A stretch of 64,000 nucleotides of DNA from Sphaerodactylus townsendi (GCF_021028975.2 NC_059430.1:63240001-63304000); one strand, 5' to 3'. Counted from the first letter of the stretch, positions 14,101 to 27,795 are shown. The notes: a model not told the origin generated them from the sequence alone. Numbers and translations: made by a program.

Positions 14101-16160
14101 TAAGGGAGGCAAAAAAGGATTGAGTGAGGAACGCATGGCCGGGCAATTGATCAAGACCAGCAACAAACAGTTCTTCAAGTACATCAAAAAAGCAGGAAGC
14201 CAGCAAGGGAAGCTGGGCAGGTCCGTGCGATGACAAAGGAACAAAGGGTGTTCTTAAAAGATGGCAGGGAGATTGCAGCAGAAGCTGAACAACTTCGGTA
14301 TCTGTCTTCACCTAAGAGGAGGTGAGAAATATCTCTACACCGGAACCGTTAAGCTTCTTTAGGAGGCTAATCCGAGGAATCCAGCCGGCGATAGCTGGGT
14401 GTAGACAAGGAAGAAGTTCTGGCAGCCATTGATAAATCCAAATGTTACCAAATCCCCTGGCCCATAGATTGCATTCACCTAAGAGTTCTTAAAGAGCTCA
14501 AGCATGATATTGCTGATCTTCTCACTTTAATATGCACCTTACCCTTGAAATCAGGCTCCATCCCTGAAGACTGGAAGATTGGCTAATGTCACACCAATCT
14601 TTAAGAAAGGATCTAGAGGGGACCCGGGAAATTGCGAAAGCCAGCCAGTTTCTGACATCTGTTCCTGGCAAATGAAGTAGCACCTTACCATTAAAGATAA
14701 AATTATAAAACATGGTGGAAAAGCAAGACCCGCTGGAGAAAGAGTCAGCAATGGCTTTTGCAGAGGCAAATCCTGTCTTACAAACCCCGCCGAGTTCTTT
14801 AAGGGTGTAAATGGTGACATGTGGGATAAGGGGGGAACCAGTGGACATTGTCTACCGGATTTCCAAAAGGCTTTTGATAAAGTTCCTCACCAGAGACTGT
14901 TGAGAAACCGGAAGCAATCAATGAATAAGAGGGGAAGTCCTCCTGGCGGATTAAAAACTGGGTTGGAGAACAGGGAAACAAAGAGTGGGTAAAATGTGCC
15001 CTCACAATGGAGAGATGTCGGTGGAGTGGTGTCCCCCAATGATCCGCTTTGGGACCAAAGTGCTCTTTAACCTATTCATAAATGACCTAAAGTAAAGTGG
15101 GTAGCGTGGTGTCCAAGTTTGCAGATGATACCAAATTGCGTAGGGTGGGTGGAGAATCACCATCATTGCGAAGAGCTCCTGCCGGACCTTTGATAAATTA
15201 GGGTGAGTGGGCCCAGAAATGGTACGCAGTTCAATGTAGCAAAACAAAAGTGATGCGCCATAGGGGCAAAAAAAATCCAAACTTCAGATGCTGACACTAC
15301 AGGGGTCCGCGCTATCGCCCACAGATCAGGAAAGGGATTTAGGGCGCCTGAAGCCAGATAGTTCCGCTGGAATGCCAACTCAATGCACGGCAGCCGTAAA
15401 AAAGGCAAAACCTATGCCGGGGATCATTGAAAAAGGAATTCGGGAGAATAAAAAAACTGCAAAAGATTGTCGCTGCCCTGGCGGCAAAGCAGTGGTGCCA
15501 CCACACTTTGGAGTACTGTGTCCAGCGCCCTGGTCACGTGATCTGCGCGACATTGAGTGGCGATAGAAAAAAAAGCAGGAGAAGCGCAACATGGCGATGA
15601 TTTGAGGGACTCGAGCACCTTACCCTATGAGGAGAGGCTGCAGCGTTGGGGACTCTTTAGCTCTGGTTATGGCGCCAGCTGAGGGGGGATGATGCACTGA
15701 AGTCTGGCATGGCGTAGAAAAGCGTTTATCGTGAGACATTTTTCTCTCTTTCGCACAATACTAGAACCAGGGGGCATTCATTGAAAATGCTGGGGGGAAG
15801 AATTAGGACTAATAAAAGGAAACACTTCTTCACGCAACGTGTGATTGGTGTTTGGAATATGCTGCCACAGGAGGTGGTGATGGCCACTAACCTGGATAGC
15901 TTTAAAAGGGGCTTGGACAGATTTATGGAGGAGAAGTCGATTTATGGCTACCAATCTTGATCCTCCTTGATCTGAGATTGCAAATGCCTTAACAGACCAG
16001 GTGATCGGGAGCAACAGCCGCAGAAGGCCATTGCGTTCACATCCTACATGTGAGCTCCCAAAGGCACCTGGTGGGCCACTGCGAGTAGCAGAGAGCTGGA
16101 CTAGATGGACTTTGGTCTGATCCAGCTGGCTTGTTCTTATGTTCTTATGTTCTTATGTTC
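11120..16160 (+). mobile_element. Near full-length CR1 LINE (5' UTR, ORF1, ORF2, 3' tail), heavily frameshifted as assembled
   Basis: ORF1 shows a Zn finger (CTECHMY..WVCPCC) and SGNH-esterase remnants (IVVHIGT, FRFVRNWGT). ORF2 shows the APE motif DIVGITETWW (~13140), an RT motif like FQKAFDKVPH (~14860) and FADDTKL (~15120). The tail is (TTATGTTC)n. The 5' boundary is approximate. Confidence 0.92.
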
Positions 16161-16389
16161 TCATTCTTCTGCATGTGTGAACGTGAGGTATGAACCTAAT
16201 TTTTTTTTCAAAATGACTTGGCCTGCAATTGAATAGAGTAAGGAAAGGAAATGTAATGTAATGAAAACACAGTTGACTCAGCTGACTCTAGAGTTCTTGC
16301 TGATTTCCACCACTTTAAAGCCCCAATCAAGCTATGCTACTCTTGTTATTCTTGGATGAAATAGGAGAAAAGCTGACACTTACCCAACC

Positions 16390-16926
16390 CAGAGGCGTAC
16401 CGACCTAGGGACATGGGGATACCCATGTCCCTGGGAGTATGCCTTTCAGTCATGTGGGGGCGCCAGAGGGCCCCCCCCACGGGACCAAAGATGTATACCA
16501 GCAGTTGGTGCCCCAGTTGCTGATCTTCAGTGACGTGCTTTTAAAAGCATTGAGGGCAGAGCATGTGGCTTGGGGGTGTGCTTTTGAAAGCATGTAGTTG
16601 GAGGCCAGCAACAGTTTTCCCCAGGCTCTGGGGAAAGGTGCAGGGAGCCCAGTGGGGGGAAGGGGTTGGGGAGCTTGGGGGGCCTTGGGGGCTGCCCCCA
16701 CCCATGCCCCACTCTCCAGCCTCCATGCTTTTAAAAGCACACAGCTGGAGGCCGGCAACAGCTCTCCCCAGGCCCTGGGGAGAGCAGCAGCTGAGCTACA
16801 GGGAGCCCAGTGAGGGCAGGGGTTTGGATGGGGCCACACCCCCTGAGGCCAGACTCAGTGCAGGGCAGGAAGTGGGTGCCCGGAGACTGAGTTGTCTTGG
16901 CACCAGTTTCTCTCCGTATGCCTCTG
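16390..16926. mobile_element. Non-autonomous hAT-type element
   Basis: TIRs CAGAGGCGTAC / GTATGCCTCTG, with a degenerate 8-bp TSD ACCCAACC/ACTCAACT. An internal subunit is duplicated. Confidence 0.72.
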
Positions 16927-19316
16927 ACTCAACTTGTAACTTAAAAGGATTACTTCCTAAATTTTAGTGTTTGTTTTTGCACAGTAGCTTTTGGGATCAA
17001 GTATTTACCATGGGAAACAACCTTTCTTTGCCTTATCTAAGAGGGAATCTCTGATGTGAGAAAAGCCATTATGTTTGAGAGAAAATGCAATCCTATACAA
17101 ATGTGCAATGAAAACAATGGGATAGACTTCTGGGATGAAGGTGAAAGCAACAGAAGAAAATAAAGTTTCTAGTGGACCAACTTATTATTACAACAAATAC
17201 AAATACAAAACCTTTAATTATTATTATGATCTACTTCTGAACTATTGGGAAAGGGTTCAGATTGCTTGACTTGCAGTCTAAGGAAGACTGAGGGATCTCA
17301 CCTATCTCTAGCTTGCCTTTTCCCAGCCCTATTCAGGGATCAGCGCTCCTAGGGTCCATACATTAGAGGAACAGGACACTGAGGCTGATGACCTTGATAA
17401 CAGATCAGTTGTCTTTTAGTGTTCACTAAAGCCAGGCTTGGAACTTTGTTCTAGGGTGTTTAACACCACATGTATTGATAATTTCACTTTTCTCATTGCT
17501 GACTTGAAAATCTCTATTTTAACAGCTGATAAAACAGCTTCTAGCTTGACAAAATTGAATCTATAGCTTTTATTTTCTTACCATGTTCTCTTTTCTTGTA
17601 CTATTACATCCTGGTACAATGAACATATATATTCAAAGTTATTTGTGTATCAGTAGGTGGTAATTACATTAACTAAACCCATTGATAAAATGTAAATGAA
17701 TGAAAAATAACAAAGGGGAAAGTCATTAATCCATCTTTCCATTTTATATGCCTTGCGCCTTCATTCTGATTCATATGGCCCACTGAAATATTATTTCTGA
17801 AGGTGCATTTTAGATTCCCTAGATTCTGATTCTTTCGTGTTTTTGACAGTACATTATGCTATACTTTTATTTATTTTTGCTTCTTGTATCCCTGATTGCT
17901 TGGGATGACATGTCCCACCTTGTCATTCTTATGGTGGTTCCTTCCCCCCCCCCCCCCCCGGCCCTCCCCAGCCACTCAGAGCCACTGAGTTGGCTTCAAG
18001 CCCTTCCCTGAGGCTCTGATTGGCTCAACTTCCTGTCACTCCCAGCCCTGTCTTGCCTCCTGAATCACCCCTCCCCAAGATCTGGCCCAATGTCTTTCTC
18101 AGACACTGCAGCCTACTTGTCAGCAGGCAGCACCCATTCAGTTTCTGCCCCTGTGGCCTTGCCAAGCCCACTTTACAGTCCAGCAGCACATGCCCATAGC
18201 AGGCCCCCATCACTAAGCTGTTGCCTTCAGATGCCTTGGGGCCACCTGTGTCTTTCATCCTTGGGCGGGTCCCACCTTTAAAAGCTTCATCCCAACTGTC
18301 CCTGCCACCTCTCCATGCTCTCTGTGGCAAGTCTGGGCTGCCTGCCCTGCTGGATCCAGTGCAGGACATTTGTGTTATTGTTAGCTTCAGATCCTACATT
18401 ATGTACTCTTAAAAATGTATCAGAGTTTTGTTTTGATTCACGTTAAACCAAAAATACATTAAAAGCAAGTGAATTTAGACCTCTCTGTATCTCATCCTTC
18501 TTTGCTATGGAATATTTTCTCCTACTGCCTATTGGAATATTGAACACTATCCTGAGTGAGCAGGAAAAGAGTTTATCATATTAAAATTTAATGAAGTATG
18601 GTATTAAAGATTAATATGGATGTATGTGTTCATAATTTAGAAAACAACAATATTATTTATCATATAAGCAAGATGGATCAGTATAAATAGACTGAGTAGA
18701 GTGTTCAGCCATGTACTTATACCAGATTTGTCAAGTGTACACAGAAGGGAGAAATAAATATCTTTGGTATTAATATCTTTTTACTTGGCTGGTGAATCCA
18801 AACATGTCAGGCCTATGTTATTTATACTATTCAAATGCTTGCCACAATATGTGTCTGAAAGGATCTGAATAAATTTCAAACTTAATCATCCCAAGAACAG
18901 AACCTTTTGCAAAAGAAAAGTGAGTGCAACCCAACCAATTACCCATTCAGCAGTATACCAACTCCAACAGAGTGTTTTAAACATGACAGTGGTGATGCCC
19001 AAAGAATTGGAAGAAAACCATCTGAGAAGTAATATTGTATGAGAGTAACATTGTGTAAGGTACTAACACCACAGGCCACAATTCTGTATCTAATCTGGTG
19101 ACAAAAGTTCTTCCATTAGGAGTGAATTGCTGTTTAAGAGATAAGTAATGGCTAGACAATTTTGATCTCAAGAAAGCATGACAAACAGCAATTCCTATGC
19201 TACTCTTCTTGCCTGCCTACATGAGGCATATACACAATGAGAGAGAACCTTCCATTTTATACCACATTGTATCTGATCAGATGGTCTGCACCTTTACTGG
19301 AATCATGCCACTAGAG

Positions 19317-20021
19317 CAGGGGTAGGGAACCTGCGGCTCGAGAGCCACATGCGGCTCTTCTGCCCTTGCACTGCGGCTCCACGAGCTGAGCCGCCGGCTT
19401 CATCCTTGCCTGTTCTGCAGGCAACAGGGCAGGCACACCAACTGCTCGCGGACGGCTGGGCCACGCCATGGGCTTCCCCTCTCGCCCGCCCCGTTGGGGC
19501 GGGGCGGGGCGGGTGCTTTCCTGGCAGATGGCGAGGCTGAGCCGCTGGCTTCATCCTGGCGCACCAATTGCCCGCGGACGGCTGGGCCGTGCCGCAGGCT
19601 TCCCCTCTCACCCGCCCCGTTGGAGTGGGGCGGGCACTTTCCCGGCGGACAGCGAGGCCAAGCCGCCGGCTTCATCCTTCTCTGCCCTGCAGGCAGCAGG
19701 GTAGGCGCACCAATTGCCCATGGCCGGCTGGGCAGTGCCGCGGGCTTCCCCTCTCGCCCACCCTGTTTGAGCGGGGCGGGCACTTTCCCGGCGGACGGCA
19801 AGGCCAAGCCGCTGTCCCCATCCTTGCCCACCCTGCAGGCAGCAGGGTGGGCACATCCATGCGCTTCTCAGAATGAGCGGAGTAAAAGGTTAAAAAACCC
19901 AATATATACAGTGTTATCTTTATTTTAAATGACAAAAATTATTTGCGGCTCCAAGTGTTTTCTTTTCCCGTGGAAAACGGGTCCAAACGGCTCTTTGAGT
20001 GTTAAAGGTTCCCTACCCCTG
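19317..20021. mobile_element. hAT (Charlie-like) MITE with an internal GC-rich tandem array
   Basis: Perfect 16-bp TIR CAGGGGTAGGGAACCT / AGGTTCCCTACCCCTG. Flanks are ACTAGAG/ACTACAG. About 3.5 internal units of 120-150 bp. Confidence 0.88.
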
Positions 20022-20029
20022 ACTACAGC

Positions 20030-20222
20030 ATTAGATTAAATTACTACCATATGCTCTATATGGAGCTGCCCTTGAAAAGTATTACAGAATTAGTACAGAA
20101 TGCATAAGCCAGGATATTATCTGGAGTATGGACAGTATTACCTCAGTATTGGCCCATTTACACAGGCTCTCATTTGCTTCTGGACACCAATCAAAGTGCT
20201 GATATTGGTCTTCAAACCCTAT
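20030..20222 (+). mobile_element. Old L2 ORF2 fragment
   Basis: Decayed LYMELPLK..VQNA..R..IT.VL..LH..IKVLILVFK motif string, like the L2 at 32201-33228. Confidence 0.6.
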
Positions 20223-22088
20223 ATGACTTCATTTAACTTTTATTTTCCAGATACATGTGAAGGTATTTGTCAAGACCAATTATAATATTAATACCAACTA
20301 TTTTACCAAGCAATGCATATGACTTTTTTTGCTTAATTGTGTCTGCAAACTATGACCAAGAGACAGTTGCATGTTTAATTATTATAAAAAGGTGTATTTT
20401 AATACAAGTATCAGTTGTTCAGATATCTGCCTTTTAAAGACTGTTTGTTGAAATGCATGTCTATAGTTGGTCTCTTTTCAATACATTTTCCATTTCTTTC
20501 ACGTGTGTTTCCAAGAGATTGGCAGACTATTCACATTCCCACATCTGATTTTTAATATTGTTTAAATTAGATTAATCTGGAGGATATCCACTTGACACCC
20601 TAAATGAGTTCCATGTGAAACTGGGCTCACAAAAGGTCCCAGGAAGTAATAACACGAGACTTTGTAGTCTTTGTATACCAGGGTGGATCTCAGTAGGACT
20701 GCCCCAAAATGAAATTATGAAGAGAGTGAGAGTGTAATTAATATGAACAAACAATTCTATTGTATAACAAATAAAATAAGAGGAAAAAATGTAACAAATG
20801 TACACAAAGCACCTAAAAAGTGATTTTTTCAGCATTCACCCATGCTCATCCACATCTCAATAAGAGGGTACAATTATAAAAGACAGAAGGGAGAAATGCG
20901 GGGCTGGAGCAGTGGCGTTTCAAGAGAAAATGGAGCCCGAGGCAAGAACTGAGTTTTACACACACACCAATCTCAGGCAAATCGTCTGTCTGTGGCAGTG
21001 CTGACCTTGTGGCAGAGGAGGCTTAGGGCTGGAGGGGTCGGCAAAGTCCTCTGCTCAGTCCTTGGATGATGTGCCCAAAGAGGGTGGCAGGGCACCCTGG
21101 CTTTGGGCAACTTTCTCCGAATACACTTCCCACTGCCTCTGCTCCAACGACAAGTGGTGGGGACCTCCTGGGTCTGGCCCCTTCCAAACAAAGGTGGTGG
21201 AGAGGGTGGGGGTGCGAGGAATGCCTGCCAGGGTCAGATGGGTGCCTTCAAGATGGCTGTGCACTCTGGCACTACTTCTGCCGCTTGCCTTTGGGGAAGG
21301 GAGCCTGAAAACAAAGGCACAGTTGTTCTCCCCCACCACTGCCAGCAGGGCAGCTTTGGGGACAGAGGAGACCCTCAAGAGCAGAGGCGAGGGAATTATG
21401 GGGGTGCATAGGTGCTCTCCGCTGGGCAGAAGCAGAGGTGCTTCCTCCGGCCTTCCCAAGTGCCTCCTGTCTGCAGAGAGGTTGGTCCTTCCTTTCCTGG
21501 AGAGTGCCAGCTACATGGGACCCAGGGGGAATAAGGAGGGGTGTGGAGGTGATTTTCCACACCCACATGACTAAATGGGCACTGGCCAGGGACATTTGCC
21601 TTCTATGTTCCCCTCGGCTAGAGCTCAGAGTTGATGTAGCAGAGATCCAAGAAGAAGAACAAGGAACTAGCAAAGTTAGGAGGGAAAGTCTTTAGAGCTC
21701 AGCAGAGATTCTCAGAAGGAAACTAGAGTTCTGAGCTGCAGAGATCTAGACCAGGGATCTGAGGGATCATTTTTTGGGATCCTTCTATTATGGACAGAAA
21801 GACTGCAAGGTAGGTGGGAGTTTGACCATTTTGACTTTGGACTGGGTCATGGTAAGTTTAGCAACCCAACCAAAACCTGAGACATCTGGGGATGGTGCCA
21901 CTGCAACACTACGACACTGCCTCCAGAATTCAGAAAATACAAAAATACCAAAAAAAATCCACCATTGGAAAGCCACCAGAGGGCTAAATGGTCTTACCCA
22001 GGACATGTAACTGACTGCAAATCCAGGGTAGAAGACAACTAACATCTGCTTTACCCCCAGGAACACCTTGCCACACCCCCTTGCACAG

Positions 22089-23400
22089 CAGAGGCGTTCC
22101 TCCCATTGGGCAAAGTGGGCAGTTGCCCTGGGCGCAGCCCTGTGGGGGGTGCAAAAACTTCAGGTTCGTTTGTGGGATTTTTTGTATTTTCAGTGTTTTT
22201 CCATTTTTGGCCTGCAGAGGGCGCGGTTTTTAGGCTAGCAGCACCAAAATTTCAGGAATGTTTCAGGAGACTCTCCTGAGGCTATTACCCAGGTTTTGTG
22301 AGGTTTGGTTCTGGGAGTCCAAAGTTATGGACTCCCAAAGGGAGTGCCCCATCCCACATTGTTTCCAATGGGAGCTAATTGGAGATAAGGCTACACCTTT
22401 GAGGGTCAATAACTTTGGACCCCCTGAACCAAACTTCACCAAACCTCGGAGGTATCATCAGGAGACTCTTTTACTGGTACCACCCAGGTTTGGTGAAGTT
22501 TGGTCCAGGGGGTCCAAAGCTATGGTCTCCCAAAGGGGGTGCCCCATCATCCATTGTTTCCAATGGGAGCTAACAGAAGATGGGGGCTACACATTAGAGG
22601 GTCCATAACTTTGGACCCCCTGAACCAAACTTCACCAAACTTGGGTGGTGTCATTAGGGGAGTCTCTTAAAGATACCCTGAAAGTTTGGTGCTGCTACCT
22701 TAACAATTGCACCCCTGACAGCAGGCACCTCCCAGATTTTCCTTTTAAATCCCCCTGCCTTTGACATGGATTTAAAGGGAGAATCTGAAGTCCCCAGTTT
22801 AGACATTGCAAGTGATGCTGTTTCAGAGTGGGGGAGAATCAACCCCAAAATAGCATCACTTTCAATGTTGTTTAAACTGGGAACCCCAGATTCTCCCTTT
22901 AAGGTGGATTTAAAAGGAGAATCTGGGCTCCCATTGAAAATGATGCTGTTTGGGGGTGGATTCCAGCATCACTTGTTTAAACTAGGGAGCCCAGATTCGC
23001 CTTTGAAACATTGAAAGTGATGCTGTTTCCCCCAATTGTGGACACTGGATACAACACCATAAAATGTTTTCATAGAAGTAATAAAACATTTTGAAAGCAT
23101 TTTGAAAATGTTTTTTTAAAGTATTTCTGCTGTGTGGTATGGCTTATTGCTGTGTTCAGATTTGTGAGTTGAGACATGTTCTATAATGTGATAGTGACTT
23201 TGAAACAACCTCGTGTAAAAATCATTGCTTGGTCACAGTGGGGGAGGGTGGCTGCCCATGGGGGGCACCAAACTCCAGTTTGTCTAGATACGCCACTGGG
23301 CGTAGCTACAGGGGGGTGCACGTTGCATTGGGCATGCGCCTGGGGGGGGCATCAAAATCAGGTTTTGCCCAGGGCTCCAGTTTGCCTAGTTATGCCACTG
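22089..23400. mobile_element. Composite non-autonomous hAT-type element, copy 1
   Basis: Termini CAGAGGCGT...ATGCCACTG, with an 8-bp TSD TTGCACAG/CTGCACAG. Contains internal inverted-repeat modules; homologous to 29966-31107. Confidence 0.85.
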
Positions 23401-26256
23401 CTGCACAGGCATCCAATTGGATGTGACAATCCTGCTTTCTGGGTGCCACCACCAAAAAGCTGAGAGGCAGCTGGCCACCAGTACCTTTGCTCCATCTGCC
23501 AGTGGGAGTGCCCCTTGTGCTAGGTGAGGCCTAATATCTCCTGAAACGGGATGGAGGGAAAATTAATGACTTGAGGACATGTTTTGATTGATTGGGGGGG
23601 TGGGGGAAGGAAGAGGAAGAGCATGCAGTTGTCCTGCAGTTTGACAGACACCTCTGAAGTATATCAAGATATTGGGTGATATCTCTAGTGTTGAAAACTC
23701 CTTTGTCATTGAAAAGGATATGCCTGTAAACTGCTTTCCTTGCAGTAATGTCCTTCCTCTCAGTGCCTGGAAATTTCCAATTTCATGGCTCAGCCCAAGT
23801 TTCAGATTCCCTGGCACTTAGGCCTATAAAAACAACTAAGTCCAAAATAAAAAGGGAACCTTACAATTTAAGAGGTCTCAAGCTGAATGAGGAGGTGGGG
23901 TCTTCCGAACTAGCCCTATTTTAATTGGCCTCATTGTATTCCTGAATGTCATGGTAGCAGAAGACATATAGCATTGTGGTTTAGCATGTTCACTGAGAGT
24001 TCTTTATTCCACATTAATTTGGGATACAATCTGATTAATACTAAACTGAAGGCCTAGATAGTTGCTAGAATTTTTTTTCAAATTTATTCAAATGCTTACT
24101 TCAGGATTACCTTCATAAACAAGCAGAATTAAAATCTGTACCAACACTGATAAAAACTAGAAAATGACATATTAATGAATTGATCTAATTCTTGATGTTT
24201 TAATATTCCTGATGAAAACATGTTATGTTTTAAATTTTTTAATAAAAATGGATTAGAGGTATAAGCTTCTACAAGGTCACAGGTTGTGTAATAGATAAAA
24301 ATGCTAGCTTGATGTCTTGTGGTAAGTCTCCATGCATGGTTGTAGGATACTCTAGATATACTAGATATTATCCAAATCCTCTTGAATATAGTTTGTCCCA
24401 CATGAATTTGTTGCAGAATGGAGATACATCTGCAACATTTTGGTCCTTTTACTTAGCACTAGATCCTATTGACTGGGACAAGTGCACTCAGTAGTAATTT
24501 CAATGGGCAGTTCCTCATCCAGCTAAAAATACACTTGAAGAAAACTTCATCCACACAGCTATGTTCACTAGCCTGCTACTGCATTTACTTTTGCAATGTA
24601 ACCCAAGTTATTAGTTTTCCATACCAGTACATTCAGCATAAGGGACAACCTTCTAATTCTGCCATTGGAAAACAGTGCAGTTGGATCATTCAGGAGATAA
24701 TGAAGTGGTGATAAAACATTACCAGAAGAAGAAGCCTGAGCTGGATGTGGTCCTTACCCGACACAAAATCTGCTCTGGAGAAGGATTGCACAGTTGGTTA
24801 TTGTTTAACCAAAAAAGGATCCAGACTCCCATGTTCTTTCCTACAGCTGTTACTAGTCATATAAATTCAAAAAGCCATCAAAAATCTAAACCAATCACAC
24901 TTCATTTACCATCCCAGGCAGGGTAAGTAAACAGAATGAAATTTTCTCTAGATTAGAAGTTTGAACCAACTAGGCCAATTTGACAGGTTTTCTGATGGCA
25001 CCAAGATATGTGTTATTGCACTTTCAGTATCTATGCCTACAAGACTACAACTGTACTTATTAAGGAGCATGTCCCATTCATCTCAATACACATTTAGAAC
25101 TGCATAGTAAGTTTCTGTTGCCCTTGACCAGTGAGAACTAGAAGAGAGATAGGGAGCAGAGACTTGCCACTTACCTAGGGCAACTGGACAAGCTCCCACC
25201 CCAGATTCTGCCAGGGCTCCTCAATGCAGCAGGGCTAAAAAAACAGAGGCAGGGAGCAAAAAGCAATGTGCAAGATCTCAATGTCAGTTCCAGATTGTAC
25301 CCAGAAGTGAGATCACAATGCTCTAGGAATTCATCTGACTCTATGATAAATTCCTCTAGTGGTGGGAAATTTCCTAAAATGTGGTGACATCACTTCTGGG
25401 TACAAACTGGACATGACATCACATGACATCACTTCTCTGCCCCCCCCCTCCCCCCAATACTGCTTCTGGTTGGCAGCATTTGGTTAGCAACCATAGGGGA
25501 GAGACTGACTGACAACAGATGTATTCCTGGCAGTGTCTTTTTCTTACCGTGTTTTCAAAAGCATAATGTGTTATGCCATAAAAAGCATAATCTGTTAACA
25601 TAATGTGTTGCTGTGTTATACCCATCTATGCCTGTTGACACTGAAGTCAGCAGGCTTAGAAGTAACTTTGCTTAGGACAACTCTATTAGCTCAAATTTGT
25701 GCTGCACAGTATTACAACTGATTTGCATTTCTGTGCACAAGGTTGTCCACAATTACATTTATAGGTTAGTGGCTTAGATAAGGGTTTTAGCTGCCAATCT
25801 TTTTTAAAACAAAAACTAGTATACTGGTAAAAGGAGATGCCTCTTATCGCTGCAGTATCTTGTCATAGTACTTTGCAATTCAAAACATTTAATTTTTTTC
25901 AGGTAAATCAAAGAGCTTATTATTGAGCTTTGGTCCATAAAATATAGATCCTTTCTAACCATTGTATGTAATTTGGCTAAGAGAATGATTTTATGGGATT
26001 CCATCCCTAAGAATCTCATGACATTTCATGAAGTGACATCATTGCATCTGGACAACGCTGCTCAACTTCTGAGATATGATGAGATCAGGCTAGCCTGGAG
26101 CATCCAGGTTCAGAGGCAAAGTTGTTGTGGTAGAGCGCAGGGACCCAGGTGGCCTTTGTTATATGTTCTGTGTCCTGAATTCCACAATTATGTGACATGA
26201 CAAGTTTTAATCATGGTTTACACGTGCTTACATGGAATGTAGTTTCAAGTGCCAAT

Positions 26257-26389
26257 GTGTATGTATGTATGTATGTATGTATGTATGTATGTATGTATGT
26301 ATGTATGTATGTATGTATTTATTTATTTATTTATTTATTTATTGTTTAAACTTCTATACCGCCCAATCCCCGAGGGGCTCTGGGCGGTG
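26257..26389. repeat. (ATGT)n(ATTT)n microsatellite grown from a minus-strand L2-type 3' tail
   Basis: The microsatellite at 26257-26343 is followed by TATACCGCCC...GGGCGGT, the reverse complement of the L2 3' terminal stem-loop. Confidence 0.85.
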
Positions 26390-26639
26390 TTGGTTTGTGC
26401 CATGGTTTGTGCCATGCTAGAAATCTGTGTAAATGCAAACTATCAAAGGTCTGTTTTTAAGGGATGATTCCAAAGTATTTTTAAACCCTTCTGATAGCTT
26501 AAGGATGACTTTTTTATGAGATTGGTAAAAATAAAAGCCACACACAAATCTGGAATAAACACAGACCATAATGTTATTGTACATTATAGTTATGCAGAAG
26601 CTGTTTGGTACACTTAAAGCAGTATGAGGCAGTTAGCTC

Positions 26640-26835
26640 TTTTGCAGCTGACTTATGGCACCCTGTAAGGTATACAAGGCAGGAGATTAACAGAGGTTAT
26701 TTGCTATTGCTTGCCTCTGTGTAGCAAGCCAAAGCATTCTTGGGGGTTCCCATCCATGAATTAAACAGGGATAATCTGGCTTAGTTTGCAGGCTAGTCTA
26801 ACTAGATCTGCCTATCCAGGATGATCCAAGTCAGC
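26640..26835 (-). mobile_element. Degenerate 5S-headed (Sauria-like tail) SINE
   Basis: Reverse complement resembles 51103-51290. Confidence 0.5.
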
Positions 26836-26989
26836 TGTTGTATATATTCTTATAAAATATTCTTAAGTTCCATCAGCTCATAGGAAGGACAATCAGAAGT
26901 GTCCAACTGAGCAGACATATTTCTGTACTCAGTGGCTTCACCAGCATGGAATAGTGGTTAAGAGCAATGTACTCTAATCTGGTGAACTG

Positions 26990-27795
26990 GATCCTATTAG
27001 ATGGATGTCTAATTGGTTGACTGACCAAACTCAAAGGGTGCTCATCAATGGCTCATATTCATTGTGGAGAGAAGTGACTAGTGGGTTGTCACAGGGTTCT
27101 GTCCTGGGCCCAGTTCTATTCAATATTTTTATCAACAACTTGGATGATGGAATAGAGCGCATGCTAGTCAGATTTGCAGATGACACCAAAATAGGAGGGG
27201 TAGCTAATACCCCAGAGGACGGAGTCAGAATTCAAAATGACCTGGACAGATTAGAGAGCTGGACCAAAACAAACAAAATGAATTTCAACAGAGATAAATG
27301 TAAAATACCATATTTAGGCAGAACAAATGAAATGCACAGATATAGGATGGGTGATACCTGGCTTGAAAACACTATGTGCAAAAGGGATCTGGGAGTTTTA
27401 GTAGACCACAAACTGAACATGAGTCAGCAGTGTGATGTGGCAGCCAAGAAAGCCAATGTGATTCTGGGCTGTATCAATAGGACTATTGAGGAATGTAACT
27501 GTACCTCTCTAGTCTGCATTTGTTAGACCTCACCTGGAATATTGTGTACAGTTCTGGGCACCACAATTCAAGAAGGATATTGACAAACTGGAATGTGTCC
27601 AAAGGAGGGTAACCAAAATGGTAAAAGGTCTGGAATCCATGCCCTATGAGGAGAGGTTTAGGGAGCTGGGTATGTTTAGTTTGGTGAAGAGAAGGTTAAG
27701 AAGTGACATGAAAGCCATGTTTAGATATCTGAAGGGATGTCATATTGGTGAGGGAGCAGGCTTGTTTCTGCTGCTCCAGAGACTAGGACCAGGAG
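26990..27795 (+). mobile_element. CR1 LINE ORF2 (RT) fragment
   Basis: ORF 27005..27526 has QGSVLGPVLFNIFIN, FADDTKIGG and KRDLGVLVD, continuing as [12 protein letters not shown]. It is preceded by a MIR-like SINE head at ~26940-26990. Confidence 0.92.

Noticed and set aside
19303-19935. Overlapping GC-rich ORFs / CpG-island promoter
   Set aside because: Confined within MITE TIRs; stop codons are scarce simply because of GC content and tandem repeats.
20991-22075. GC-rich block with TGTGGCA...TGCCACA ends and a 170-aa ORF; possible LTR or gene
   Set aside because: No TSD found, two alternative left ends, and no recognisable protein motif or splice structure. It may still be an LTR relic.
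22290-23030. Regularly recurring repeats superficially like a CRISPR array
   Set aside because: Eukaryotic DNA; the units are inverted-repeat modules of a dispersed MITE with homologous rather than unique spacers, and there are no cas genes.
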